Source of the DNA: a virus
Taxonomy: Duplodnaviria; Caudoviricetes
Length of the DNA stretch: 64,000 nt
Strand: one strand, 5' to 3'
Virus record (IMG/VR): IMGVR_UViG_3300032053_000004
Location: 138,144 to 202,143 of that record
The notes beneath the pieces were generated by a model. It saw only the letters and a list, made by a program, of their open reading frames with translations. It searched no databases and was not told the origin of the DNA. Made by a program: the position numbers and the translations under genes. Positions 1 to 9,195 of this stretch are shown here, one piece after another. Numbering within the stretch: the first letter of the stretch is position 1; each line of letters opens with the position of its first letter.

Positions 1-2
1 AA

Positions 3-992
3 AAATCTATTGAGTGGATGTTTGATCATTCTAAAAGTCAAACTATAAATACTCCCCGTGATCCAAACGGGGTTCCATTCACAATAGAAGTTGGCAACAT
101 TCTTCCGGATCCTCTAACAGGACAACTTGAAGGAAGGTCTACTTGGATTACCAATAGATTAACTCCTGGTTGCAGTCTTATAGATTTCGGTTGTATTGAC
201 GGATCTATGACAAACCGTTGGGGGATGTCAGGATTTAAAGTAACCGGTGTTGATCTGAGTATGAATTCAATATCTATAGCAAACAAGAAAGCTATTCAGT
301 TTAATACTGGAGCTAAGCATATATGCTCTTATTTTAAGAACATTCCGAACCATATCATACAAAATTCTTTTGATGTCGCTACCTGTAGTGATACATATGA
401 ACATCTTATCGACCCTATTGTTGATTTACTAGAACCGGCCAGAAAATGTCTTTCTGGCCATGGAAGAATGCTTTTAGTTACTCCTCATGGAGCCTGGTTT
501 CGTGGTAAATTTCTTTCTTGGGCCCATCCTTGGTCTTGGTATAAGAGTGGTTCTTCCTGGTTAAAACCAGAACCAAGAGCTCATTTAGTAGCGCCAACTG
601 TTTGGTCTGTTGCGGATCATTTTCGAAAATCTAAATGGTGGGTTAAATCCTCTGAGGTTGTTATACAGTCTTATGGGGACGTTCCTGGTCAAGGAAATGT
701 GTGTGTGGAAGCTTTCGTTAACCCTCCACCTGTTTGGCCGGGTTTAGATATTGTAGTTTTGGGGTCTAATTTTGAATTGGCTGAATCTTTAGCTCTTCTC
801 GGTAATAGAGTTCGCCATTTCGGACCTTGGGATGAAGAAAAGATATCGAATTTTGTTGATCATATATTTGACTCAAAACTATTTGATATCAAATGTGACG
901 TTCTAATTTCTGATACGAACGTTGATTCTGTCGTTTCTAATAAAATTTATCCAAGCTCTGCTTCAGCTTCTGACGTTATCAATGGTGTCTAA
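3..992 (+). CDS. Class I SAM-dependent methyltransferase, 5'-partial, with a degenerate glycosyltransferase-like C-terminal segment
   Basis: Frame is open from position 3 (KSIEW precede the ATG at 18), so the gene probably starts upstream. SAM-binding motif LIDFGCIDG, then VTGVD and FDVATCSDTYEHLIDP, typical of UbiG/Methyltransf_11-like enzymes. Confidence 0.8.
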   Translation, partial: KSIEWMFDHSKSQTINTPRDPNGVPFTIEVGNILPDPLTGQLEGRSTWITNRLTPGCSLIDFGCIDGSMTNRWGMSGFKVTGVDLSMNSISIANKKAIQFNTGAKHICSYFKNIPNHIIQNSFDVATCSDTYEHLIDPIVDLLEPARKCLSGHGRMLLVTPHGAWFRGKFLSWAHPWSWYKSGSSWLKPEPRAHLVAPTVWSVADHFRKSKWWVKSSEVVIQSYGDVPGQGNVCVEAFVNPPPVWPGLDIVVLGSNFELAESLALLGNRVRHFGPWDEEKISNFVDHIFDSKLFDIKCDVLISDTNVDSVVSNKIYPSSASASDVINGV

Positions 993-2140
993 TGAGAATT
1001 GCTTTCTTAAATCATCCTATTGGGGTCAGAGACCCTGTTAATCCTGTTGATGTTTGGACCTCTTCTAGAGGTTTAACAGGATCTGAGATTGCTTTTTTTA
1101 AATACGCAGAAGAACTAACCAAACTCGGTCATGACGTAAATTTATTTACCAAATTTACTACTTCCGACCCGTTGGGTGGAAACGGACCTTATTGCATTCC
1201 TTATGATCAATGGGAAAGCATTTATTCTAAACAGAGTTGGGACGCAGCTTGTTGTTGGACGGTTGCGGACCCTCTTTCTTTAGTTGGTCCTGGAATATTT
1301 AGATTTTTGAATCATCAATGCAACGGATTTAGCGTCAGTCTTTCTGGTTGGGAAAAATATGTTGATATAATAGCGCCTCTTTCTCATACTCACGCTAGAG
1401 CTTTATCTAAAGATACGTCATTTTCTAAGGATAAATGGAGAATTCTCTACAATGGCGTTGATTGTTCTAAATTTTATCCTGAAAATAAAGAGTCTGGAAA
1501 ATTGATTTGGGCTTCCTCTTTAGATAGAGGACTTCATTGGTTATTAGAATCTTTTCCTTATATCAAAAGAAAAGCTCCTAACACGGAACTTCACGTCTTC
1601 TATGATTTCCATTCAATAGAACACGCGGCTGAGGTCTATTATCCTGGCGGGCAGCCGTATTTCACGAATGAACACTTTGAACTTGGGAACCGGGCTCGTT
1701 ATATTTTGCGTGCTCTTCAAAAACTTGAAGGAAAAGGTGTTCATGTCCATAAATCAGTTAGTCGTTCCAGAATAGAACAAGAAATGAAAACTTCTTCTAT
1801 CTTGGCCTATCCTTTAGATTCTATTTATTTTACTGAAACTTTCGGTGTCGTTGTTTTAGAAGCGTGTGCTTCAGGGACTATTCCCGTTCTATGTCTTGGC
1901 GATGCGTTCGGTGAGCTTTGGGGAGAAGTTGCTGAATCAGTTCCTCCCCCGTTTAAAGATCATAAAAATGAATATTTAGAAAAATTAATCAAATGTTTGA
2001 CTGATGACGCATATAGGGACAATCTATCTAAAAAATGCGTTGATCATGCTAAGAAGTTTGAGTGGTCAGTTCTCGCTAAAGGATTGGAAAAGTGCCTCTT
2101 GACTAAGGGTCAAGAGGGCCTTCCTCTTGTTGATTGGTGA
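992..2140 (+). CDS. GT-B glycosyltransferase, family 4-like
   Basis: N-terminal RIAF...GLTGSE...KLGHDV; C-terminal ETFGVVVLEACASG (E-x7-E donor-binding motif); LIWASSLDRGL. Confidence 0.88.
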   Translation: MRIAFLNHPIGVRDPVNPVDVWTSSRGLTGSEIAFFKYAEELTKLGHDVNLFTKFTTSDPLGGNGPYCIPYDQWESIYSKQSWDAACCWTVADPLSLVGPGIFRFLNHQCNGFSVSLSGWEKYVDIIAPLSHTHARALSKDTSFSKDKWRILYNGVDCSKFYPENKESGKLIWASSLDRGLHWLLESFPYIKRKAPNTELHVFYDFHSIEHAAEVYYPGGQPYFTNEHFELGNRARYILRALQKLEGKGVHVHKSVSRSRIEQEMKTSSILAYPLDSIYFTETFGVVVLEACASGTIPVLCLGDAFGELWGEVAESVPPPFKDHKNEYLEKLIKCLTDDAYRDNLSKKCVDHAKKFEWSVLAKGLEKCLLTKGQEGLPLVDW

Positions 2141-2144
2141 CATA

Positions 2145-3272
2145 ATGAATTTAAAAATTGCTTTTATTTATGGAAACTGGTGTTTGGGGAATCGTCCCAT
2201 TAATGTCAATGAATTATTTACATCTAAACGGGGTCTTACTGGCTCGGAACTTTCTTGTTTTATGTTTGCAAAAGAAATGGCTAAGAAAGGTCATAACACT
2301 TCATTATTCATAGGCGGCGGGTCAGGAGAATGGGAAGGAGTTAAAATTCGCGATATATCGGAGATATCATCTATTGATCCAACTTGGGATGTCGCCTATT
2401 CTTGGAATGAACCAGATCTTCTTCGTCAAGTAAACGCTAATTTGCGGATGATGAATCAGCAACTTAATGATTTTGCTTATTGTCAACCTGGGTATGACGA
2501 ATCTGTTGATGTTTATACAAGTCCTTCACAAACTCATATGGAGTTTCTTAAACCTCAAACACCGTCGCCCAATAAATGGGCAGTTATTCCTAACGGTTGT
2601 GATCCGAGTCAATACTCAGCCGGGAAAAAAGTTCCTGGAAGAGTTATTTATGCCTCCTCTCCTGACAGAGGACTTCATCTTTTGATGCAGGCTTGGCCTC
2701 GTATTAAGAAAAATGCTCCCCATGCTCATTTGAAAATATTTTATAACATGGATTACTGGTTGTCTGTTTTTGTTGGTCAAGAACACTCTATATACCCTGA
2801 TTCAATGGAATATGGGTATAGAGCTAGGTATATAGATTTAGCTTTTAAAAGATTTGCTGATTTAGGCGTAGAAAGAGTTGGGTCAGTTAGTCGAGAAGAA
2901 ATAGCTCAAGAAATGTCAGAAGCTGAAGTTCTGGCATACCCATGTGATACTGCCCGTTTTACAGAAGGATTTTCTGTAACAACGATGGAGGCTTGCGCTG
3001 CTGGAGCTGTTCCAGTCATTTCTTCCGTTGATGCTTTAGGTCAAATATATGGATCATTTATACCAACTGTTGAAGCCCCGGTGAAGAATAGATTAAATGA
3101 ATTTGCTGATATAATATCTCGTTCTCTTAATGATGAAAAATTCCGGAATAGTGTCATATTTAAAGCAAAAAGTCTTGCCCATAAACATAAATGGGAAAAA
3201 CTTTCTTCTGATCTTGAGAGTTTGATTATGAATAAGTTAGAGTTAAAAAGATGTTCCCAGCCTCTCATTTAA
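2145..3272 (+). CDS. GT-B glycosyltransferase, family 4-like (paralogue of the previous gene)
   Basis: KIAF...RGLTGSE...KKGH, VIYASSPDRGL, EGFSVTTMEACAAG. ATG at 2145 is preferred over the TTG at 2127. Confidence 0.88.
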   Translation: MNLKIAFIYGNWCLGNRPINVNELFTSKRGLTGSELSCFMFAKEMAKKGHNTSLFIGGGSGEWEGVKIRDISEISSIDPTWDVAYSWNEPDLLRQVNANLRMMNQQLNDFAYCQPGYDESVDVYTSPSQTHMEFLKPQTPSPNKWAVIPNGCDPSQYSAGKKVPGRVIYASSPDRGLHLLMQAWPRIKKNAPHAHLKIFYNMDYWLSVFVGQEHSIYPDSMEYGYRARYIDLAFKRFADLGVERVGSVSREEIAQEMSEAEVLAYPCDTARFTEGFSVTTMEACAAGAVPVISSVDALGQIYGSFIPTVEAPVKNRLNEFADIISRSLNDEKFRNSVIFKAKSLAHKHKWEKLSSDLESLIMNKLELKRCSQPLI

Positions 3273-4789
3273 CCCGTCACGCCCGCTCTCAAATAGAAAA
3301 GATTCCGGTACTTCTTATAGTGCCGCCGTCTATTTTTTTACTTGATGAACGTGTATTCATATCTTTAGGAATTTTGAAAGTAGCCGCGAGTCTTGAAGCG
3401 GCCGGGCATTCTGTTGAAGTTTTAGATTTATCAGGGATTGATAATTTTGAAGAAGTTTCTGCGATTCAGGCTAAAAATTCTTCTTCAAACATAGCTTGTT
3501 TAACTATCACAACTCCTCAACTCCCTGCGGCCGTAAAAATAGTTAAGTCTATTCGCAACGCTCGTCCTGACATGAAAATTGTGGCAGGTGGTCCACATGT
3601 TACTCTAGTTCATTCTGCAGTTAAACTTGAGAGAAAAGCCGGTCGAATCGGTCGAGCTCACCGAGCCTTAACGAAACTTGAAGAAATTTTCAATGTTCTT
3701 GTGAGTGGTGATGGTGAAAATTCTATTTTTCAAGCTATTAGTGAAAATGCTTCTAAAGTAATTGATGCTGATGACCCTAAAAACGGTCTGTTTATGACGA
3801 ATGAAGTTTATGGATCTACTCCTTGGCCCGCTCGTCATTTGATTGATATAAAATCATATAAATACACAATTGAAGGTTTTCCAGCAACTAGTTTAATAGC
3901 TCAACTTGGGTGTCCGTTTGGTTGCACATTTTGCGGAGGAAGAAACAGTAATATGCTCCGGAGGATTCGTACGAGATCCACCGAAAGCATTGTTGGAGAA
4001 ATTGAGCATCTTCATAAAAATTACGGCTATACTGGGTTTATGCTTTATGACGACGAACTTAATGTATCAAAAACAATTATTGAGCTTATGAACTCTATTG
4101 CGGATTTACAAGAGAAACTTGGAGTTGAGTTTAGATTACGAGGTTTCATTAAGAGTCAGTTGTTTACTGACGAGCAGGCTCAAGCTATGCGAAGAGCTGG
4201 ATTTCGGTGGCTTCTTTGCGGATTTGAAGCTGCTAATGATCGGATACTTGAAAATATAAACAAACGAGCCGATTTAGCAGATAATAATCGAGTGATGGAG
4301 ATCGCAGCTCGTCACGATCTTAAAGTAAAAGCTTTGATGAGTGTTGGTCACGCTGGAGAGTCAGAAAAATCCATAATGGACGTGCGAGATTGGCTGCTTC
4401 AAGTTCATCCCGCAGATTTTGATGTAACGACTATCACAACTTATCCAGGCACTCCGTATTATGATGAAGCTTTAGAACATCCGGAGTTGCCTGATGTTTG
4501 GACATATACGGCCAAAAACGGAGATAAACTTCATAGTTATGATGTAGATTATACTGCTGTTGCTGATTATTATAAAGGAGACCCGAGTGGCGGATACCAT
4601 TCATATGTATTTACAGATTATTTATCTGGAGACGAAATAGTAAAACTTCGAGATCAAGTTGAAAACGAAGTTCGAGAAAAACTGAATATTCCATTTAATC
4701 CTGGGGCTCCAGGGGTTAAATATGAACATTCAATGGGTCAAGGACCTCTTCCATCAAATATTCTTAGACAATCTAAAATTAATAAATAA
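3251..4789 (+). CDS. Cobalamin-binding radical SAM protein (class B methyltransferase-like)
   Basis: N-terminal B12-binding fold (SLGILKVAASL...VAGGPHVT); CxxxCxxC motif CPFGCTFC; DDELN, GFEAAND and TYPGTPYY as seen in B12-radical SAM enzymes. Confidence 0.9.
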   Translation: MFPASHLTRHARSQIEKIPVLLIVPPSIFLLDERVFISLGILKVAASLEAAGHSVEVLDLSGIDNFEEVSAIQAKNSSSNIACLTITTPQLPAAVKIVKSIRNARPDMKIVAGGPHVTLVHSAVKLERKAGRIGRAHRALTKLEEIFNVLVSGDGENSIFQAISENASKVIDADDPKNGLFMTNEVYGSTPWPARHLIDIKSYKYTIEGFPATSLIAQLGCPFGCTFCGGRNSNMLRRIRTRSTESIVGEIEHLHKNYGYTGFMLYDDELNVSKTIIELMNSIADLQEKLGVEFRLRGFIKSQLFTDEQAQAMRRAGFRWLLCGFEAANDRILENINKRADLADNNRVMEIAARHDLKVKALMSVGHAGESEKSIMDVRDWLLQVHPADFDVTTITTYPGTPYYDEALEHPELPDVWTYTAKNGDKLHSYDVDYTAVADYYKGDPSGGYHSYVFTDYLSGDEIVKLRDQVENEVREKLNIPFNPGAPGVKYEHSMGQGPLPSNILRQSKINK

Positions 4790-5429
4790 TGCCTGACTCC
4801 ATATTCGGGAGTACTAGCTTAAGCCAGTCCGGGTGCTCTGTACTACGGGTCGCATGATCCCGTCTTGGAGATCCGAGACGCTTCAGGACCACTCCATGAA
4901 CAAATCCGGACCGAGTGCCGGTGACCGACCTATGTTCGACGGCTGATTTCTTGATGATTTCGAATCGTTCCTTGTTCATCGGGAACTGATCGACGACCGA
5001 GATATCTTCCGTACCAGGTCCGATGACACGGGAAAGTATTTCCCTTCGTTTTTCGATCGGGAGACGACCTAGACTAACTTCCCCGTCTCGAATGACGTCC
5101 CAAAGGGAAATGAGGCACTGGACGCCCTTATTGTGTCTCCAGCTCCCTCTCTTTGTCGGAGTCCAGATTTCCCCGTCCAGAACAGTTCCCTTCTTAAGGT
5201 TCAAAGCCTGAAGCTGGGAAACCAGATTATCCGGAATTTCAATCGGCTTCTTTTCTCGGGTCCAGAGTTTAACTGAACCATTAGCGATAATAATTACTCG
5301 GAAACCGTCTAATTTCGGCTCGAGGAGATATTTAGAATTGTCGATTTTGTCAAAGATAGATTCATCGACTCGAACGGGTTTAAAGGGGTAAACCCAAAAA
5401 CCTTCAGAATCAATTCCTGTCATTTGCAT
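4779..5429 (-). CDS. ATP-dependent DNA ligase adenylation domain, lacking an OB domain and with degenerate motifs
   Basis: Motif I EPKLDGFR, III VLDGEI, IIIa LWDVI, IV HGVVLK, V DWLKLV. Start placed at MQMTG (5429); the ORF track extends it to 5582. Confidence 0.75.
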   Translation of the reverse strand: MQMTGIDSEGFWVYPFKPVRVDESIFDKIDNSKYLLEPKLDGFRVIIIANGSVKLWTREKKPIEIPDNLVSQLQALNLKKGTVLDGEIWTPTKRGSWRHNKGVQCLISLWDVIRDGEVSLGRLPIEKRREILSRVIGPGTEDISVVDQFPMNKERFEIIKKSAVEHRSVTGTRSGFVHGVVLKRLGSPRRDHATRSTEHPDWLKLVLPNMESGIIY

Positions 5430-5557
5430 AAATATTGATATGAAGTCGGGTTTCAGATTTACGTTCTTAATGTTCAAGAGATTTAGGTAAACAAATTTCC
5501 ACCCCAAACCCTTCTCCAAGACCTGTCCTTTTAATCCGTCTGACCCACACGGGTCTG

Positions 5558-6772
5558 ATGGCGAATGGTCGCCCAAATACAAACAACGTTTTGATTAATG
5601 ATCTTGATGTAGGTTACGAGAATCAGCTTCGAAAAGTCCATTGCTATGTTCCGGTCGGTGGGTATATTGATATTCCAGGTTCGAGTCGATCGCTTCTTTC
5701 TTTCGATCAAGGAACGATTCGTAAATTTCATGACGCGGGCGTCATTGTCGCTCAAATGTTTTTTACTCCAGAGCAATTCACCACTCTGGTTCGACCAAGT
5801 GCAGCCCAATATCCGTCTGGAGGCATGATTTGGAACGAAACAGAGCACGCTCCGAATTGGGCAGACGGGGTGACCTGGATTTCGTTCGCTTCAGGCGGAC
5901 CCCCGGCTCCTCATGCTACTTCTCACCAGACAGGCGGAATAGATCCTTTAACTGTTGTCGGAACAACAGCAACGAACAATTCGGCTACGACCGGGCTTAC
6001 TGTTAACTTAGGCAATGCCGTTCCCTCAGTCACAGATCCTGGGCACATTCACGCCCTGACAGATCCGGGACACACCCACACAGCCGTTGCCACGACTGCC
6101 ACGAATAATGCGCTCACTCTCACTGGGTGGTACTCCCTGAACACCACCGAGGTTGATGGCACAAGCCAAGGGACCCTTGCACAGAATGCCGCCTCCGCTG
6201 CTCCGACTGCACAACCCGGTGTGCCACGTTGCATGGATGTCTCCTTCCCCGCTGGGTGGACAGGCGGAACGGTCACGGTTAACGGGACTGGTCGTGGGGG
6301 TGCCGTTATTTCAGAGACTTTCACCAAACCCGGTGGCGGGGGTACGGCAGTAGGGGTTAAGCCATTCTTCTCACTCACCAACTTCGTAAACAGCTTAGTC
6401 GTAGGAGCTGGGTTCTCAGCTACAATCGGACTAGGCAATGGTTTTGGTATCCCCGTAGAGGGTGTTACAGCGTTCCTCAAGGTCAGCGTAGATGGGGTCA
6501 ACGATAGTTTTGCTCTTGCGGACACCGTGAATGGGACTTTTGATGCCGTTAGTCCTCATCATGGTAACCATGGAGTAGATGTCTGGTACACCTACTCCCT
6601 GACTGTTGGGCAGGCGTCGCATACCCACACCATCAACTCGGCCACGACCGGAGCTTCCGCTACAAGTCACACGACTGGTATCAGCGTGTCGGACACAGGG
6701 CATACCCATGTGGTCACGGATCCAGCGCATAGTCATAGCCAGAACAACCACGCCCATAACTTGAGTGGTTAA
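5558..6772 (+). CDS. Virion fibre/decoration protein with HxH repeats
   Basis: PHATSHQTGGIDPL motif; repeated DPGHxH and HTH motifs on both sides of a central domain; Thr/Gly/Ala-rich; GC-rich codons. Confidence 0.6.
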   Translation: MANGRPNTNNVLINDLDVGYENQLRKVHCYVPVGGYIDIPGSSRSLLSFDQGTIRKFHDAGVIVAQMFFTPEQFTTLVRPSAAQYPSGGMIWNETEHAPNWADGVTWISFASGGPPAPHATSHQTGGIDPLTVVGTTATNNSATTGLTVNLGNAVPSVTDPGHIHALTDPGHTHTAVATTATNNALTLTGWYSLNTTEVDGTSQGTLAQNAASAAPTAQPGVPRCMDVSFPAGWTGGTVTVNGTGRGGAVISETFTKPGGGGTAVGVKPFFSLTNFVNSLVVGAGFSATIGLGNGFGIPVEGVTAFLKVSVDGVNDSFALADTVNGTFDAVSPHHGNHGVDVWYTYSLTVGQASHTHTINSATTGASATSHTTGISVSDTGHTHVVTDPAHSHSQNNHAHNLSG

Positions 6773-6798
6773 TATGTTTTTAATTATTTGAAATAATT

Positions 6799-7653
6799 AT
6801 GAATATTTTTTCTTTAGCATCCATAGCCATACGAATTGCCGGTTTTGAACATCAGGCATATATAAAGAAAACTCCTGGGAAGGGATATTGTGTTAAATCT
6901 CCAAAAAATCCTGATTGGTCAGGAGGATGCTATCCTACTAAAGGTGAAGCTCAAAAACGTCTTCAACAAGTTGAAATGTTTAAATCTCTGAAAGGTAAGA
7001 AGAAGAAAGCTTCTCAAAATAGAATAATTGAAAAACAACAAAATTTAATTTCTGATTCAGAAATGAATAATATAAATTCTGATCTTGGGAACGCTAAAAA
7101 TCCAGGTGACACTTTAAAAATTCTTGATAAACATAATTTAGAAATTTCAAAAACTAGTATGAAACGTTGGTATAGGCCAAATATTAGTTATCAGTTGAAA
7201 TATAAAGATATAAAACATCCTATACGAAACGCCGAATTTTATGTGGATTCTTCTGAAGGAAGTGGAGGAGGAATATTTTCTGAACTTAGAAAAACCAGTG
7301 TCATCCGTCCTTTAAAGGCAAACGAAGCTCGCGATTTAGATATACTTTTTCTTTCGTGGGATTTGATCGTTAAAAATCCAGGGTCTATAATACTTGATGT
7401 TTCAGATATTTCTAAAAATCCTGACGTAAGCCCGATTGATTTAGATATGTATCTAAAAACTAAAAGTAATAAATTCATAGATATCCCTAGTGCCATTTCT
7501 TTTATTGTTAACACTGGAAAACCTGGAGATTTAATCCGATTAAATGAAGGAAAACAACAAAAGAAATATGATTTTAAATCTTTTCGAAATGAATCAGAAA
7601 GTTTAAAGCATGGAGACTGGTTTCCAGATCCACAAGCATCTTTTGAATTTTGA
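6799..7653 (+). CDS. Hypothetical phage protein with N-terminal IAIRIAG motif and a YCVKS...GCYPTK.EA.KRLQQVEMFK module
   Basis: ORF of 284 aa with coherent composition; the basic Cys-containing module resembles ones I recall from uncultured phage proteins. Confidence 0.6.
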   Translation: MNIFSLASIAIRIAGFEHQAYIKKTPGKGYCVKSPKNPDWSGGCYPTKGEAQKRLQQVEMFKSLKGKKKKASQNRIIEKQQNLISDSEMNNINSDLGNAKNPGDTLKILDKHNLEISKTSMKRWYRPNISYQLKYKDIKHPIRNAEFYVDSSEGSGGGIFSELRKTSVIRPLKANEARDLDILFLSWDLIVKNPGSIILDVSDISKNPDVSPIDLDMYLKTKSNKFIDIPSAISFIVNTGKPGDLIRLNEGKQQKKYDFKSFRNESESLKHGDWFPDPQASFEF

Positions 7654-7694
7654 TTAACACCATGTGATGCAAGTTTATTAAGTAATATGTTTAA

Positions 7695-8594
7695 ATGGCA
7701 TCAGTTTTATTTAGAAGATATCAAGAGCTAGGAAGAAATGGTCTTGATTTATTTCTAAAAACGCGCGATGGTTCGCCTAAGAACGCGGCCGAGATTTCTT
7801 ATAGTATATATGATTTTACTACTTCAACTGAAGTGCTCCTTCAGCCTGCAAACAGGACTCCAATAAATCCTTCGATTGGCGAATACTACGCGAGTTTCAT
7901 TGTTCCTTCCGATGCTAATTTAGGACGTTATCGTATAAGGTGGTTTTTCCGCGAATTTATAAATTCTCCTCAAGTTCAAATTGTTCAAGAATTCAATATA
8001 GTTGATACTGCCACACAAATGTCAAATTTGCCAAGCGCAACTCCTATAGAAGTAGATTTGATCCGTGGGTTAAGAATCATGCTCCGGGACAATAATCCTG
8101 GGCGAAATTATCATTTTTCTCCTCCGACTGGAGAAGAAAGCATAAATCAGTTCAATCGGGTTTTTGGATTTCTTTGGGAAGACGCTGAACTCCTCGAGTT
8201 TTTAACTATATCTAATGATTCTGTAAATATGTATCCACCTCAAACATTTTATCAAACTCTAGATCAATTGATGACTCAACATCGGAATTGGAGAACGCTT
8301 CTTTTAACTGGAGCTATGGTACACGCTATTCAAGCTATTGCCTTAAATTGGGTCGCAGATGAATTTGATTATTCGATAGGCGGAGTGTCTCTTTCTATTG
8401 AAAGATCATCGAAATATCAATCAATGGCTAGTGACGCAAATGAACGATTTAAAGAATTCGTCGTAGCCGCGAAAAGTACTGTTTTGATAATGCGTGGGTT
8501 AAAACAGTCAAAGTTTGGTATCGGCATACGGAGCAGCTTTGGACCTTCAGTTGGTAGGGGTGCCCTAACTCCGCGCAGATTTATTGGTTTTTAA
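7695..8594 (+). CDS. Head-completion/neck (head-tail adaptor-like) protein
   Basis: C-terminal WVADEFDYSIGGVSLSIERSSKYQS pattern typical of large-myovirus adaptors; located at the start of the morphogenesis cluster. Confidence 0.55.
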   Translation: MASVLFRRYQELGRNGLDLFLKTRDGSPKNAAEISYSIYDFTTSTEVLLQPANRTPINPSIGEYYASFIVPSDANLGRYRIRWFFREFINSPQVQIVQEFNIVDTATQMSNLPSATPIEVDLIRGLRIMLRDNNPGRNYHFSPPTGEESINQFNRVFGFLWEDAELLEFLTISNDSVNMYPPQTFYQTLDQLMTQHRNWRTLLLTGAMVHAIQAIALNWVADEFDYSIGGVSLSIERSSKYQSMASDANERFKEFVVAAKSTVLIMRGLKQSKFGIGIRSSFGPSVGRGALTPRRFIGF

Positions 8595-8642
8595 GCCTCT
8601 CGAGGCTTCAAATTAAAACAGTGAAGCCTCGAGAGGCTTTTT
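8593..8642 (+). terminator. Intrinsic terminator-like hairpin (18-bp perfect arms, 11-nt loop, T-run)
   Basis: AAGCCTCTCGAGGCTTCA (8593-8610) is the exact reverse complement of TGAAGCCTCGAGAGGCTT (8622-8639), followed by TTT. Confidence 0.7.
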
Positions 8643-8730
8643 CGTTGAATTGTTTAGTTGAATTACTCCTGCTAAAACGAAGTTTGTCTATAAGCTGCGT
8701 GATTAAATTTTTTTTTGATTTTAATTTAAT

Positions 8731-9156
8731 ATGAAGCCTTCTCAAGTCGCCATAGCTCTACGTCGTATCGCTGCCGGAATTCAGGCTTCAAAAAATCCTG
8801 ACAAGAATCTAGTTGCTCGAGATCTAAAGAAAATTATATCTAAAATAGCAGGCATGAATAATATGGATGGGATTAAGTGTTTAAAAGTTAATATTAGAGA
8901 ACATAAACCGTTAACACGAGACACCCCTTACCCAGTTATCGATGGAGTTTTTCAATTTAGTACTCCAAACGGGCATATTATAGATTTTGATGGAAGATTT
9001 GATCCTAATGACGTTCGATTTGTTCTTCTTAAAGATGGGGAAGATGTTTCAGATCAAATTGAGCCAGATGCATATAATATGGGTCCTGTTGATGAAAATT
9101 TAGAGGGTTTCGATCTTGAAGAAATTCTTGAGCATTGTATGAATTCTCAAGTTTAG
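8731..9156 (+). CDS. MKPSQ-leader family protein 1 (conserved 40-aa leader plus acidic variable domain)
   Basis: Leader MKPSQVAIALRRIAAGIQASKNPDKNLVARDLKKIISKIA is shared with four other ORFs. Confidence 0.85.
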   Translation: MKPSQVAIALRRIAAGIQASKNPDKNLVARDLKKIISKIAGMNNMDGIKCLKVNIREHKPLTRDTPYPVIDGVFQFSTPNGHIIDFDGRFDPNDVRFVLLKDGEDVSDQIEPDAYNMGPVDENLEGFDLEEILEHCMNSQV

Positions 9157-9195
9157 ATTTTTTTTTTGATTTTTTTTTTTGATTTTTAATTTAAT

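Noticed and set aside
6026-6757. Antisense ORFs over the fibre gene (6049-6525, 6431-6757) and the many antisense ORFs over the sheath, TMP and spike
   Set aside because: Shadow frames expected from GC-rich or low-complexity coding on the opposite strand; no motifs or start signals.
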